Source: Actinomycetota bacterium
GTDB taxonomy: Bacteria > Actinomycetota > Actinomycetes > Propionibacteriales > Propionibacteriaceae
Assembly: GCA_046725775.1 (NCBI GenBank)
Contig: JBKOZG010000008.1
Coordinates: 1 to 33,316, forward strand
Direction: 5' to 3'
Length of the DNA: 33,316 bases
Positions 19,729 through 29,437 of this stretch are shown piece after piece; within the stretch, counting starts at the first letter, position 1, and every line of letters begins with the position of its first letter. A model generated the notes under the pieces. The model had not been told where the DNA came from and did no database searches. It worked only from the letters and a program-made list of their open reading frames with translations. The translations under genes and the position numbers were made by a program.

Positions 19729-20259
19729 TCACACCGCGGAGTGATCGTCGGCCCGCGGTCGGGACTCTTCTTGGTCGGCCATCCGAACGGTGAGCGCGGC
19801 GGCGAGAGCGGCGGCGACGGCGCCGAGCGACAGGAACGTGCGCACGGTATGGAATGCCGCCCACCGCGCGCGGATCTCCTTCCAGTCCGCGGGCAGCGTC
19901 GCCTCGGTCCACGTCGCGATCAAGTTGTCAATCGGTACCTCGACGGCCAGGGTGATCACAAGAACGCCGGTCATCAGCAGCAGACCGGCCAATGCTAGCC
20001 ACGCGGCCACTGTGGACCTGACGCGAAACAGCAGCACAACAACGATCAATCCGACAACCACCGCGGAGATCATCAGTACCGCCATCACGACGGCCAGATT
20101 GTTGATCATGTGCTGGCCGTCCGCCAGGAAAGTTGCGGCGTCATACTCGGTCATCGTCCGGGCCAAAGAGAGCCACGTTCCCCACATCACACCCGCGACT
20201 AGGACGTATAACATGACGCTGACAAACTGGGTCAGCTTCAGTAGCGATTCGCGCGCCAT
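19729..20259 (-). CDS. DUF1772 / anthrone oxygenase family membrane protein
   Basis: Four hydrophobic helices; VEVPIDNLIATW...PADW..IRARW..FHTVRT; GGGAG RBS before ATG 20259. Confidence 0.85.
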   Translation of the reverse strand: MARESLLKLTQFVSVMLYVLVAGVMWGTWLSLARTMTEYDAATFLADGQHMINNLAVVMAVLMISAVVVGLIVVVLLFRVRSTVAAWLALAGLLLMTGVLVITLAVEVPIDNLIATWTEATLPADWKEIRARWAAFHTVRTFLSLGAVAAALAAALTVRMADQEESRPRADDHSAV

Positions 20260-20282
20260 GATCACTCCCATCTTGTTGCGGC

Positions 20283-21215
20283 CTACCGGGCCTGACCTCC
20301 CGGCAACCGAGGATCGTTGATCTGGGTGACGACGTCTTCGGCGGCGCCGATCGCCTCGGCAGGTGGCGGGGTGCTGCGCCACGTCCCGAGCACGGAACCG
20401 ATGATCACCAACGGGAAGCCGATTGCCAGGCCGATTGTGAGTGGTTCATTCAGGACAAGCGCCCCGAGAAGGATCGCCACAGCCGGGCTGACGTAGGTGA
20501 TCAAGGTCATTCGGGCAGGTCCGGCCTCGGCGACGAGAGCGAACATGACCATGAACGCTAGGGCGGTGCAGACCACGGCCAGCACCACCACTGAGCCAAA
20601 GGCCGGAACGGTCCAGCGGTCCGGCCAGACGAGCGGGGTAAAAGGCGCATAGGCCGCCGCTGAGATTAGCAGCGACGCCGTGACGACCCCCAGCGACGGC
20701 AAATGGGCAAGCTTACGGCTGATGATGATCGGACCTATTGCATAGCCGACGACCACCAAGAGCAGCTGACCAATCGAGACAAAATCGCTGACCTCCACGT
20801 CAACGCCCACCAGGAATGCGACACCGACGAGCCCGAGCACCAGGCCGGTGATTCGCCGGGCGCCCAGGCGATCGTGTCCCATCACGGTCAGGATGATTGC
20901 CGCCACGATGGGAACGACGGCGATAATCAAGCCTGTAGTCGAACTGTTGAGCCGAGTCTCGGCGTGTCCGAGGAGCCACCACGGTCCGATGATCTCGACC
21001 GCGGTGTAGATCAACAGAATTTTCCAATACGGCAGCAACGGCTTTAGCGCCCCCTTCCGCAGTGCCATCGGAAGCAGCAGCAGAGCACCGAGAGAGGTCC
21101 GGCCGAACGCGACAATCAGCGGATCAAGATCAGCTACGGCGACGCGAATGAAGAGATATGGGATGCCCCAGCACACGCTTAGAGTGGCGAACAACAGCCA
21201 TCCGAGACGCGTCAC
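20283..21215 (-). CDS. EamA/DMT family transporter
   Basis: About 10 TM helices; WGIPYLFIRVAV, AFGR, AETRLNSS, AGPARMTLITYVSPAVAILLG. Confidence 0.92.
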   Translation of the reverse strand: MTRLGWLLFATLSVCWGIPYLFIRVAVADLDPLIVAFGRTSLGALLLLPMALRKGALKPLLPYWKILLIYTAVEIIGPWWLLGHAETRLNSSTTGLIIAVVPIVAAIILTVMGHDRLGARRITGLVLGLVGVAFLVGVDVEVSDFVSIGQLLLVVVGYAIGPIIISRKLAHLPSLGVVTASLLISAAAYAPFTPLVWPDRWTVPAFGSVVVLAVVCTALAFMVMFALVAEAGPARMTLITYVSPAVAILLGALVLNEPLTIGLAIGFPLVIIGSVLGTWRSTPPPAEAIGAAEDVVTQINDPRLPGGQAR

Positions 21216-21313
21216 AGCCCACTACCCTACGTCTGCCTTTCCCGGCTGCGGTGGCCTCGGCTAACGAGTGACCGTTCGGACTCTCCCGCGTCTCCCTGCT
21301 GCCGTGTCGCGAT

Positions 21314-22489
21314 TCAGCGCGATTTCGCTGGGATGCCCGGCCGGCGTAGCGCTGGTTCTCCAAGCCGACGGTCCCGTGCGATAGTGCCACCCGATGCCAT
21401 GGCATCGTCCAGGAGGCGACCGCGGCGATCCTTCGGTTCGGCCTGCTGCAGCTGGCGGCGATCCTTCGGTTTGGCCTGCAGCAACTGGCAATAAAGCTGA
21501 ACGTGTTCGGCGACCATACGCTCCGTGCTGTAGCAGTTGACCGCCTTCTCCCGGCACCAGTTGCGGTCCAAGTCCCCCGCTCGATGCAACACCTCGGCAA
21601 GTGCGGGCAATTCGGTGCGCACAAAGCCAGTGTCGCCGTCGTCAATGAGTTCCGGCGCCGATCCACAACCTGTCGCGATAACGGGTGTGCCGCAAGCCAG
21701 CGCTTCAATCATCACCAGTCCAAATGGCTCCGGCCATTGAATGGGATTGACCAGCGCGAAAGCGCCGCCCAACAGCTGGTATTTTTCCTCGGCGTTCAGT
21801 TCACCCACATACTCGATGTCTCCGCCGAGCAGAGGGCGAACGCGCTCGTCGAAATACTGGCGTTCCAACGGTTCACGCATCTTGGCCGCGATCCGAAGTG
21901 GGATGCCGGCCTCGCGAGCGACGAGGATTGCCTCACGTATCCCTTTGGCGGGCGTCATCCGGCCAAGAGTGCAGGCATACCCACCTGCGCCATCGCCAAT
22001 GGGAATGTCAGCAACGTCAATGCCGTGGTGAATGACGGCTGCGATCTTCACGTTCCGGGCTGTCGATTTTTGGTGACCAGAGATCGCGACAACGGCGACT
22101 CCCTGGCGGCTCCCCTCGGCGTAGATCGGATTGAGGTCGGCGTTAAAGGGACCGTGATTGGTCGTGACGACCGGGGTTCTCCGGGGAGGCTGGACGCACA
22201 GCGGCCCAGCCACGGTGTGGTCGTGGAGGACGTCGACCCCTTTCAGCGCCTCATAAGCACTCAATGCGTAGGGGATCTCCACGACGGTGTGTCCCATCCG
22301 CTCCGGTGCGCTTGCTGGCAGGCCATCCACCTGAGGGACCGGGCAGGTGCTGCCCGCGGGAGCGGCAAGCAGCACCTGATGTCCTGCTGCCATGAGGCCG
22401 CGCGCAAGTACGTCGATGACCATCTCAATCCCGCCATACCGCCGCGGTGGAACCGGCAGCCAGGGTGGGGCAATTAACCCGATCAGCAC
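21314..22489 (-). CDS. Glycosyltransferase family 4 protein
   Basis: IGLIAPPWLPVPPRRYGGIE, LGRMTPAKG, WPEPFGLVMIEALACGTPVI (EX7E); start set at GTG 22489. Confidence 0.92.
   Translation of the reverse strand: MLIGLIAPPWLPVPPRRYGGIEMVIDVLARGLMAAGHQVLLAAPAGSTCPVPQVDGLPASAPERMGHTVVEIPYALSAYEALKGVDVLHDHTVAGPLCVQPPRRTPVVTTNHGPFNADLNPIYAEGSRQGVAVVAISGHQKSTARNVKIAAVIHHGIDVADIPIGDGAGGYACTLGRMTPAKGIREAILVAREAGIPLRIAAKMREPLERQYFDERVRPLLGGDIEYVGELNAEEKYQLLGGAFALVNPIQWPEPFGLVMIEALACGTPVIATGCGSAPELIDDGDTGFVRTELPALAEVLHRAGDLDRNWCREKAVNCYSTERMVAEHVQLYCQLLQAKPKDRRQLQQAEPKDRRGRLLDDAMASGGTIARDRRLGEPALRRPGIPAKSR
21422..21487. repeat. Two-copy 33-bp tandem repeat in the GT4 C-terminus
   Basis: gcggcgatccttcggttcggcctgctgcagctg / gcggcgatccttcggtttggcctgcagcaactg (3 mismatches), encoding QL(L/Q)QA(K/E)PKDRR twice. 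Confidence 0.9.
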
Positions 22490-22686
22490 CTTCAGATACC
22501 TCCCCCGAGAGAGCCGACGCGGGGGGCGCGTCTGCTCAGCCGCGACAATACCCCTGCAGTGCCTCGACCAATCGGGGAGGTCTGTTTCCACTGCCGCGCT
22601 CGGGCCTGCCAGACTCGAAATCCGAGCCTCGGTGCGAACGGGCTTCAGGACTGGCGTAGCGAGAATCCTGTGCAATGGTGGGCTGC

Positions 22687-24792
22687 GTGAGGGCTCCGCA
22701 GATCAATTGCCTCGAAGGCAACACCTTCATGGTCAGTGACCTGGTCGGCGACGCCGGCCCAGACCCGGATGAAGTGCTCGGGCTGTTCTACCGTGACATG
22801 CGCCATCTCTCGCGCTGGCAACTTGCCATCGACGGCGAGAGGCTGGACACATTGTCCAACGGCGCATCCGGGTACCCGTCAGCGACCTTCTTCCTCGCCG
22901 GTCCAGGCGGCACTGTGTACCAGAATCCCAACCTGTCGGTGATCCGCGAACGCACGCTCGGCGCGGGCAGTGGAGAGGACCTGCACGAGAAACTAACCGT
23001 GATCAACTCCGGCCGTGAGGAGATCGTGGTCGAGCTGTCGATGACCTTCGATGCCGACTTCGCCGACCTGTTCGAGGTCAAGGACAAGCAGCTGACCAAG
23101 AGGGGAACCATCTCTCGGCGGGTTCGCAGCCACGAAGTCGAGCTGAGCTACCAGCGGGAAGACTTCGCACGTCGCACCATCGTCCACGCCCAGGGTGCCC
23201 GCCTGAGTCAGGGTGCGGCCGTTTTCCTGCTGCGACTAGCACCCGCCGAGTCCTGGTCCCGAACCCTTCGGGTCTCATTTGAGTCTGTGGCGCCACGGGT
23301 GGAACCCGCAGCCGCGAGCGGCCCGCCCCCGGCCAAGATCAACCGCCCGCAAGGTATCAACCACCGCGACCAGATGGATGCTTGGCTAGAGGCCGCTCCG
23401 GAACTACGAGCCAGCTGGGACAACCTCCGGCACACCTATGACCGCAGCCTCCGCGACCTCGCCGCACTCCGATTGCATGCCCAGGCACTTCCCGAAGGCG
23501 CAGCTATTCCGGCGGCTGGATTGCCTTGGTTCATGGCAGTATTCGGGCGCGACAGCTTGATTACCAGCTACCAGGCACTGCCCTTCGTTCCACAGCTTGC
23601 CTCGGCCACGCTGCAGGTGCTGGCCCGGCGACAGGCGAAGGTGTGGGACGATTTCCGCGACGCGGAGCCAGGCAAGATTCTGCACGAGCTGCGCTTTGGT
23701 GAGCTCACCTACTTTCAGGATTGGCCGCAGTCGCCGTACTACGGATCGGCGGACGCCACACCGCTGTTCTTGATCCTGCTTGACGAGTACGAACGTTGGT
23801 CCGGCGACACCGACCTAGTTGACGCGTTGGAGCCGCACGCGCGAGCTGCGCTTGACTGGCTGGAACACCACGGTGATCTGGACGGCGATGGCTACCTGGA
23901 GTATCAACGCCGCAACCTCGACAGCGGACTGGAAAACCAGGGCTGGAAGGACTCCTGGGACTCCATCGTGCATCCCGACGGGCATTTGGCGAGCCTGCCG
24001 CGGGCCACCTGCGAGCTGCAGGGCTACGCCTACGACGCCCGGATTCGTACCGCCCGGCTGGCTCGGGAAGTGTGGCGCGACAACACCACAGCTGACCGTC
24101 TGGAACGCGATGCGGCCGACCTCAAGACTCGGTTCAATTCCGATTTCTGGGTCGACGACGACGACTTCTTCGCCCTCGCACTGGACGGCGACAAACAGCA
24201 GGTACCGACTCTGGCCTCCAACATGGGCCACCTGCTGTGGAGCGGAATCGTGGACGACTCCAAGGTTGACGCCGTTGTCGATCACCTCATGGGCGACCTG
24301 CTGTTCAGCGGCTGGGGAGTGCGCACGCTGGCGATGGGGCAGCCGGCGTTCAACCCGCTCGGATACCACGACGGCACGGTTTGGCCGCACGACAACAGTC
24401 TGATCGTCGCCGGCCTCGCCCGATATAAGCGCCGGGAGGAGGCCGGCCGGATCGCTCTCGCCATGCTGGAGGCGGCCGGCTACTTCGATCATCGGCTACC
24501 GGAAGTCTTCGCTGGCTATCCCCGCTCGCTGACTGAATTTCCGGTGGGATACCCGACGGCATGCTCCCCGCAGGCTTGGGCTGCTGGCACGCCGCTGCTG
24601 CTGATACGCGTATTGCTCGGACTCGAGCCGCGGGGCCATGATCTGACGAGCACACCGTACGTCCCACGTGCGATCGGTAGCCTCGGTCTGACAGGCGTGC
24701 CCGGCCGCTGGGGTCATGCCGACACTCCGACAATCCTGACGACACGAGCAGCTGCTGCGTTTGATCGCGCTCGCCGTCGGTCAGGAATATGA
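22687..24792 (+). CDS. Glycogen debranching enzyme-like protein (GDE N-terminal domain plus amylo-alpha-1,6-glucosidase-like (alpha/alpha)6 domain)
   Basis: GLFYRDMRHLSRW, ADFADLFEVK, AAGLPWFMAVFGRDSLI, EPGKILHELR, YYGSADATPLF, NQGWKDSWD, YHDGTVWPHDN, RLPEVFAG, CSPQAWAA. Start 22675/22687 uncertain. Confidence 0.9.
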   Translation: MRAPQINCLEGNTFMVSDLVGDAGPDPDEVLGLFYRDMRHLSRWQLAIDGERLDTLSNGASGYPSATFFLAGPGGTVYQNPNLSVIRERTLGAGSGEDLHEKLTVINSGREEIVVELSMTFDADFADLFEVKDKQLTKRGTISRRVRSHEVELSYQREDFARRTIVHAQGARLSQGAAVFLLRLAPAESWSRTLRVSFESVAPRVEPAAASGPPPAKINRPQGINHRDQMDAWLEAAPELRASWDNLRHTYDRSLRDLAALRLHAQALPEGAAIPAAGLPWFMAVFGRDSLITSYQALPFVPQLASATLQVLARRQAKVWDDFRDAEPGKILHELRFGELTYFQDWPQSPYYGSADATPLFLILLDEYERWSGDTDLVDALEPHARAALDWLEHHGDLDGDGYLEYQRRNLDSGLENQGWKDSWDSIVHPDGHLASLPRATCELQGYAYDARIRTARLAREVWRDNTTADRLERDAADLKTRFNSDFWVDDDDFFALALDGDKQQVPTLASNMGHLLWSGIVDDSKVDAVVDHLMGDLLFSGWGVRTLAMGQPAFNPLGYHDGTVWPHDNSLIVAGLARYKRREEAGRIALAMLEAAGYFDHRLPEVFAGYPRSLTEFPVGYPTACSPQAWAAGTPLLLIRVLLGLEPRGHDLTSTPYVPRAIGSLGLTGVPGRWGHADTPTILTTRAAAAFDRARRRSGI

Positions 24793-24889
24793 GTAACCGA
24801 AGTCGCCGTCGACGGCACGTAGTCGTGATCGCGACCAGACCTACGGCAGGTTCCAGCCGGAACGCTTCTTAATCAGCAGACCTGCAGGT

Positions 24890-25981
24890 TCAGCGATTGC
24901 GGACCGCCGCGGACGCGGGCCGCCGAAACCCAGCGCCGGTCTCATCAGCCACCATGTTGCGGATGATCTTGCGCACCTGGAGCGCCGCGGCGTCAGCGCT
25001 GACATTGATCTCTCTCCGGGGTCCGTCGGCATCAAGGACCTCCTGCATGGTCTCGAGAATCCGCTGTACCCGCCGGTAGTAGTCGGTGAAGATCGGCAGC
25101 AGCACCTTTCCTGCCTGCTCGCCGAGAGCGAAGTTTCGGCTCACCCGCCACGCGTGCCGGGTCCGTCCTGACGAGATCGGTGTAACAGCGTGGGTGAAGC
25201 GGAAAGTGTGGACCTTCGTCTCATCGGCTCCGGGTTCCTCATAGACATCCCACCGATCCACCCAAAGACCGGGCGTGACGAAGGCGCCCTGCTCACGCTG
25301 GATGTACTTGGCATCGGCAGGAAGTCCGAGAAGCTCTGCTTGCCAAGCAGGAAGAGGACCAGGTTCGTACGTCCGAGAGAACGAAACCGTTGTCTCGGTC
25401 ACCTCCACCTCAAGCGGCGGCGGCGAGCTGCGCAGCACGGGCGGCGCGATAAAGGGGTCGACAACCGCGACATGTGTGATGTCGGCGAAGTTCTCATGCA
25501 GCAGCAGTAGATCCGCTTTGGTCTCCCATACCTCACCGAGTGTCGACCAACCAGGGTCACTGAGCCACGGGGTGGCCTGCGGTGGCCGCAGGGCAGCCAG
25601 CGAAGGCTCGCCCAACCATGCCCACACAAAAACGCCGTCCTCATGCACCGGAAAGGCGCGCACTCGGGCGCCTACGGGGATCTCGCTCTGCGTCGGCACA
25701 TGGACGCAGAAGCCTTGGGCGTCGTACACGAAACCGGAGTAGCCCGACACGATGTGGTCCCCGTCGACGCGACCGAGGCTGAGCGGGTACGGCCGGTGTG
25801 CGCACCGATCTTCCAGCGCGACTGCCGTTCCGTCAGCGGTGCGGAACAGGACAACTCCGGTGTCGACGGCACGCCGGCCCAGCGGTTCCCGTCCCACCTC
25901 TTCGCTGTTGGCCAGCATGTACCAACAGTTGCGGGGGTGAACCTGAGCGAGGGCGCTGCGGGTTGTCGCTTGTCGGCTCAT
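24890..25981 (-). CDS. VanA-like Rieske oxygenase alpha-subunit homologue with degenerate metal-binding motifs
   Basis: PRNCWY, LEDRCAHRPYPLSLG.VDGD.IVSGYSG (expected CxH...CxxH), ENFADITHVAVVD (expected DxxH-x4-H), THAVTP, ADAAALQVR. Intact 363-aa frame. Confidence 0.85.
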   Translation of the reverse strand: MSRQATTRSALAQVHPRNCWYMLANSEEVGREPLGRRAVDTGVVLFRTADGTAVALEDRCAHRPYPLSLGRVDGDHIVSGYSGFVYDAQGFCVHVPTQSEIPVGARVRAFPVHEDGVFVWAWLGEPSLAALRPPQATPWLSDPGWSTLGEVWETKADLLLLHENFADITHVAVVDPFIAPPVLRSSPPPLEVEVTETTVSFSRTYEPGPLPAWQAELLGLPADAKYIQREQGAFVTPGLWVDRWDVYEEPGADETKVHTFRFTHAVTPISSGRTRHAWRVSRNFALGEQAGKVLLPIFTDYYRRVQRILETMQEVLDADGPRREINVSADAAALQVRKIIRNMVADETGAGFRRPASAAVRNR

Positions 25982-26008
25982 GGCTTTGTCTCCGTATCTT
26001 TTTCCCGC

Positions 26009-26986
26009 TCACAAGTTGAGGGTCAGTCGGGGCGAGCGGCACCGTGAAACACAGACCATCATGTATTCGTTCGAGGCCCGCTCCTCCTCGTTGAGCACCG
26101 AGTCGCGATGATCAACATCGCCGTCGATGACCTCGGTTTCACACGTTCCGCAAACGCCTTCCAGACATGAGGCGAGAACGCTGACACCTGCTTCTCGGAT
26201 CACGGTGAGTACTGACTTGTCGGGCGGCACCTGCAAGGTCAGGCCCGAGCGTTCCAAGACGAGCTCGAACGACGATTCGGCCTCGGCAGCGGGCTCCTGA
26301 GGCTTAGCTGTGAACCGTTCGAGGTGCAGCGCGCCTGGCGGCCAGGTCTCGCAGAATCTCTCGACTGCGCTGAGGAGGCCTTCCGGGCCGCAGCAATAGA
26401 CCAGCGTGTCTGACTGCGGCGTACTGAGGACAGATCCCAGATCGAGCATGCCCATCTCATCCTGTGGCACGACCGTTACCCGCTCGCCGTAGGTGGCCAG
26501 TTCGTCGAGGAAGGCCATTGACGCCCGTTCGCGGCCGCCATAGAGCAGGCGCCAGTCCGCACTGGCCGCTTCAGCCTCGGCGATCATTGGCAGGATTGGT
26601 GCTATTCCGATGCCGCCCGCGATGAACAGATAACGAGGGCTTGCCACCAGTGGAAAGTGGTTGCGCGGGCCCCTGATGCGAACTACGGATCCCGGAGTCA
26701 AGCCAGAGTGCACTCGCTCAGAGCCACCACGGCTGTCTGGCGCCCGGAGAACGCCCACCTGCCAAACATTCGGTTTCGATGGGCTGCTGCACAGTGAGTA
26801 CTGGCGGGTTAGGCCATCACCGAGAATGAGATCGATGTGGGCGCCTGGAGTCCACGCCGGCAGCTCGGCGCCACGAGGGTCAGCAAGGGTGATGACAACC
26901 ACGTCATGGGCGACGGCCCGCGCCTCCCGGACAACCAAGTCGGTCTCATGCTCCCGGATGATGGTCTTCGTGGTCGTCACTGTCAC
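26009..26986 (-). CDS. PDR/VanB family reductase (flavin-NAD(P)H-[2Fe-2S])
   Basis: WTPGAHID, RQYSL, SRGGS, GGIGIAP, YCCGP, HLERF, SCLEGVCGTC...MVCVSR; start GTG 26986. Confidence 0.93.
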   Translation of the reverse strand: MTVTTTKTIIREHETDLVVREARAVAHDVVVITLADPRGAELPAWTPGAHIDLILGDGLTRQYSLCSSPSKPNVWQVGVLRAPDSRGGSERVHSGLTPGSVVRIRGPRNHFPLVASPRYLFIAGGIGIAPILPMIAEAEAASADWRLLYGGRERASMAFLDELATYGERVTVVPQDEMGMLDLGSVLSTPQSDTLVYCCGPEGLLSAVERFCETWPPGALHLERFTAKPQEPAAEAESSFELVLERSGLTLQVPPDKSVLTVIREAGVSVLASCLEGVCGTCETEVIDGDVDHRDSVLNEEERASNEYMMVCVSRCRSPRLTLNL

Positions 26987-27021
26987 AATCGCGTCCGCCT
27001 GTCGCCGCAGCAGCCAACATT

Positions 27022-27037
27022 TGTTCGGATACGAACG
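27022..27037. promoter_or_regulatory. Palindromic operator copy 1 (reductase / Rieske-like operon)
   Basis: TGTTCGGATACGAACG; overlaps minus-strand -10-like TATCGT (27035-27040). Confidence 0.75.
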
Positions 27038-27090
27038 ATAGCGTTCGCAGAGCGCGGCAGACAAGTGAGTGGGAAGTCCAGACAACCGGT

Positions 27091-27106
27091 CGTTCGGATC
27101 CAAATT
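27091..27106. promoter_or_regulatory. Palindromic operator copy 2 (GATase gene)
   Basis: CGTTCGGATCCAAATT; meets -10-like TAGACT (27106-27111), which lies 7 nt before GTG 27119 (leaderless geometry). Confidence 0.65.
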
Positions 27107-27118
27107 AGACTCAGGGCC

Positions 27119-27841
27119 GTGCTCGCTTTGATGATCCAGCATGACCACATCTGCACTCCGGGCTTCGTCGGCGAACGGTTTGTCGATCGCGGTTATGACC
27201 TGCGCGTACACCAGGTGGTGTCCGAAGGCCGCTTTCGATCGCCCAATGTCGAGACGCAGTTTTCGGAACCGACGGACTTCGACGTGATCATTTCCATGGG
27301 TGCACCTTGGTCTGTATATGATCATGACTCAATCGGATCCTGGGTGCTTCCGGAACTCGCCATGCTGTGGGACGCCCACCATGATCACGTACCGGTGTTC
27401 GGGATCTGTTTTGGCGGGCAGCTCCTGGCCACAGCGCACGGGGGATCGGTTTCTCGGTCCACAGCCCCAGAGCTCGGCTGGATCGAGATTGAGTCCGATG
27501 ATGAGGCTCTGGTTCCCGGCGGCGAGTGGTTCCAATGGCACTACGACCGCTGGGAGCTACCAGAAGGGGCAACTGAGCTCGCTCGAAACGCCAGCTCCTC
27601 GCAGGCCTTCGTACTTGGCCGGAACCTCGCCGTACAGTTCCATCCGGAAATGAGCTCCGCGATCCTCGCCAGCTGGATTGCGACCGGCGGTGCCGAGGAG
27701 ATGAGCAGGCTTGGTATCGAGGTCGACGAGTTGGTACGGCAGACGGCTGAGCGGGATGTATCCAACCGTGCGAGGGCGTACAAACTGGTCGACCTGTTTC
27801 TTGATCGTCTAGTCGTCCAGTCGAAGGTCCGCCTCGGGTGA
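27119..27841 (+). CDS. Class I glutamine amidotransferase-like hydrolase (stand-alone, GuaA-GATase type)
   Basis: IQHD...PG, MGAPWSVYD, GICFGGQ (catalytic Cys), PELGW, FQWHYD, QFHPE (His-Glu). Confidence 0.9.
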   Translation: MLALMIQHDHICTPGFVGERFVDRGYDLRVHQVVSEGRFRSPNVETQFSEPTDFDVIISMGAPWSVYDHDSIGSWVLPELAMLWDAHHDHVPVFGICFGGQLLATAHGGSVSRSTAPELGWIEIESDDEALVPGGEWFQWHYDRWELPEGATELARNASSSQAFVLGRNLAVQFHPEMSSAILASWIATGGAEEMSRLGIEVDELVRQTAERDVSNRARAYKLVDLFLDRLVVQSKVRLG

Positions 27842-27884
27842 CTCAGGATTCCGGGCGCGTTCCGGCATGCATCCCCCGCAATGG

Positions 27885-27975
27885 TGTGCCGACGGGCTGC
27901 CGGAATGGGATGCCGCCGCCCTGGATCGACCCCGAGCAACAATTACAACTCCACACCCGAATCCGACGCCTGAAC
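27885..27975 (+). pseudogene. Remnant C-terminal tail of a DUF222/HNH (13E12-type) protein
   Basis: ADGLPEW in one frame joined by a frameshift to PPPWIDPEQQLQLHTRIRR resembles the conserved tail of actinobacterial DUF222-HNH proteins. Confidence 0.5.
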
Positions 27976-28158
27976 ACCCAACGAGACCTAGGCCGCCGGC
28001 GACAACCATCCAAGGCAGCGTGAGTGAGTTTGCGGTTATTGCTGTCGCTACCTGCGCGCGCAAGCCGCAATGCCAAGATCAATATCCCAGTGACGCAAGT
28101 CCGTTGACAGCAGGTCGACGAGAAGCACTCATGCAGTCGCCGATCAGGTGTGGCGCCG

Positions 28159-29424
28159 TCAGTTGGCCTCGACTCTTACCGGAAACTTCTTGATCCCATT
28201 GATGAAGTTGCTGCGCACTCTGCTCACCTCGCCGTTCAGCTCGATCGAGGCCAGTCGCGGGATCAGCTCGGTGAACATGAGCCGGATCTCCATCCGGGCC
28301 AGTGCATTGCCCAAGCACATGTGCGGACTGCCTTTCCCGAAGGTCAGGTGATCGATCTTTGTCCGGGTGACATCGAACCGGTACGGGCCCTCAAACACAG
28401 CCTCATCCCGGTTGCCTGACGCGAACCACATGACGACCTTGTCGCCAGCCTTGATCTGCTTACCGCCAAGCTCGGCATCCCGAGTCGCCGTACGACGGAA
28501 GTGGTACACCGGCGACGCCCAGCGCAGGAATTCCTCAACCGCGCCCGGAATCAGCTCCGGCTGCTCCTGCAGGAGCTTCAGTTGATCTTGGTTCTCGATC
28601 AACGCGAGCATCGCCTGACTGATGGCGTGCCGGGTGGTTTCGTTGCCCGCTATGACCAGTAAAAGGAAGTAATTGTCGAAGTCGCTCGCCGACAGCGGCT
28701 GGCCATCCTCGGGGATCTTGTTCACGAGAGTGCTGATCAAGTCGGTGCCGTCGCCGCCTTTGCGGCGTCGCGCGAGCTCGCGGCCGTACTCAAACACTTC
28801 GAGTGCGGCTGGCGATCGGAACGGCAGATGTTTGTATTGGTCGCTGTCGGGGTCGGTGATCAGGTGATCTGTGTAATCGGGATCGGTGTTAGCGACCATC
28901 TGGTTGCCCCAGTTGATCAACATGCCGGTATCGCTGACCGGTACGTCGAGCAGGCGTACCAGAACGTTGATGGGAAAGTCAGCGCTGATCTTCTCAACAA
29001 AGTCGAATTCCTTATGCTGCAAGGCGTTATCGACAGTGACCTTGGTCAAACCGCGCAAGAATTCCTCGTACTTTCGAGTCAACGGGCCCTGACTGAACTC
29101 GCGCTGGATCACCTTGCGCAGCGCACGGTGGCGCAGCCCATCGGTCTCGAGCATGGAACGCCGCAGATCCATCAGGTCGTCATCGACCTCCTCGAGGTTC
29201 ACGTACTTCGTCGACGTGAAGGTCTCCGGATCGCGATCCACCGCATCGACATCTGCGTATCTAGTCACCGCCCAGAAACCGGAGTTGGGCGGCGCCTCCG
29301 GAGTCCAGTGCACCGGATCCTCGGCGCGCAGCGTGTCGAACATCGCCCAACCCTCGTTGCGAGCGAAGGCATCCAGATCGGTCAGATCAACTTGATCAAG
29401 TGGTACGGGGCTCGGCTGCGGCAC
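28159..29424 (-). CDS. Cytochrome P450
   Basis: I-helix AGNETT, EFLR (ExxR), heme motif FGKGSPHMCLG; GGAGA RBS. Confidence 0.96.
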   Translation of the reverse strand: MPQPSPVPLDQVDLTDLDAFARNEGWAMFDTLRAEDPVHWTPEAPPNSGFWAVTRYADVDAVDRDPETFTSTKYVNLEEVDDDLMDLRRSMLETDGLRHRALRKVIQREFSQGPLTRKYEEFLRGLTKVTVDNALQHKEFDFVEKISADFPINVLVRLLDVPVSDTGMLINWGNQMVANTDPDYTDHLITDPDSDQYKHLPFRSPAALEVFEYGRELARRRKGGDGTDLISTLVNKIPEDGQPLSASDFDNYFLLLVIAGNETTRHAISQAMLALIENQDQLKLLQEQPELIPGAVEEFLRWASPVYHFRRTATRDAELGGKQIKAGDKVVMWFASGNRDEAVFEGPYRFDVTRTKIDHLTFGKGSPHMCLGNALARMEIRLMFTELIPRLASIELNGEVSRVRSNFINGIKKFPVRVEAN

Positions 29425-29437
29425 GATTTCTCCTTGT

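Noticed and set aside
26987-27325. Long overlapping 5' extensions of the reductase (to 27325) and GATase (from 26837) ORFs
   Set aside because: Artefacts of longest-ORF calling; domain boundaries and the operator/-10 elements place starts at 26986 and 27119.
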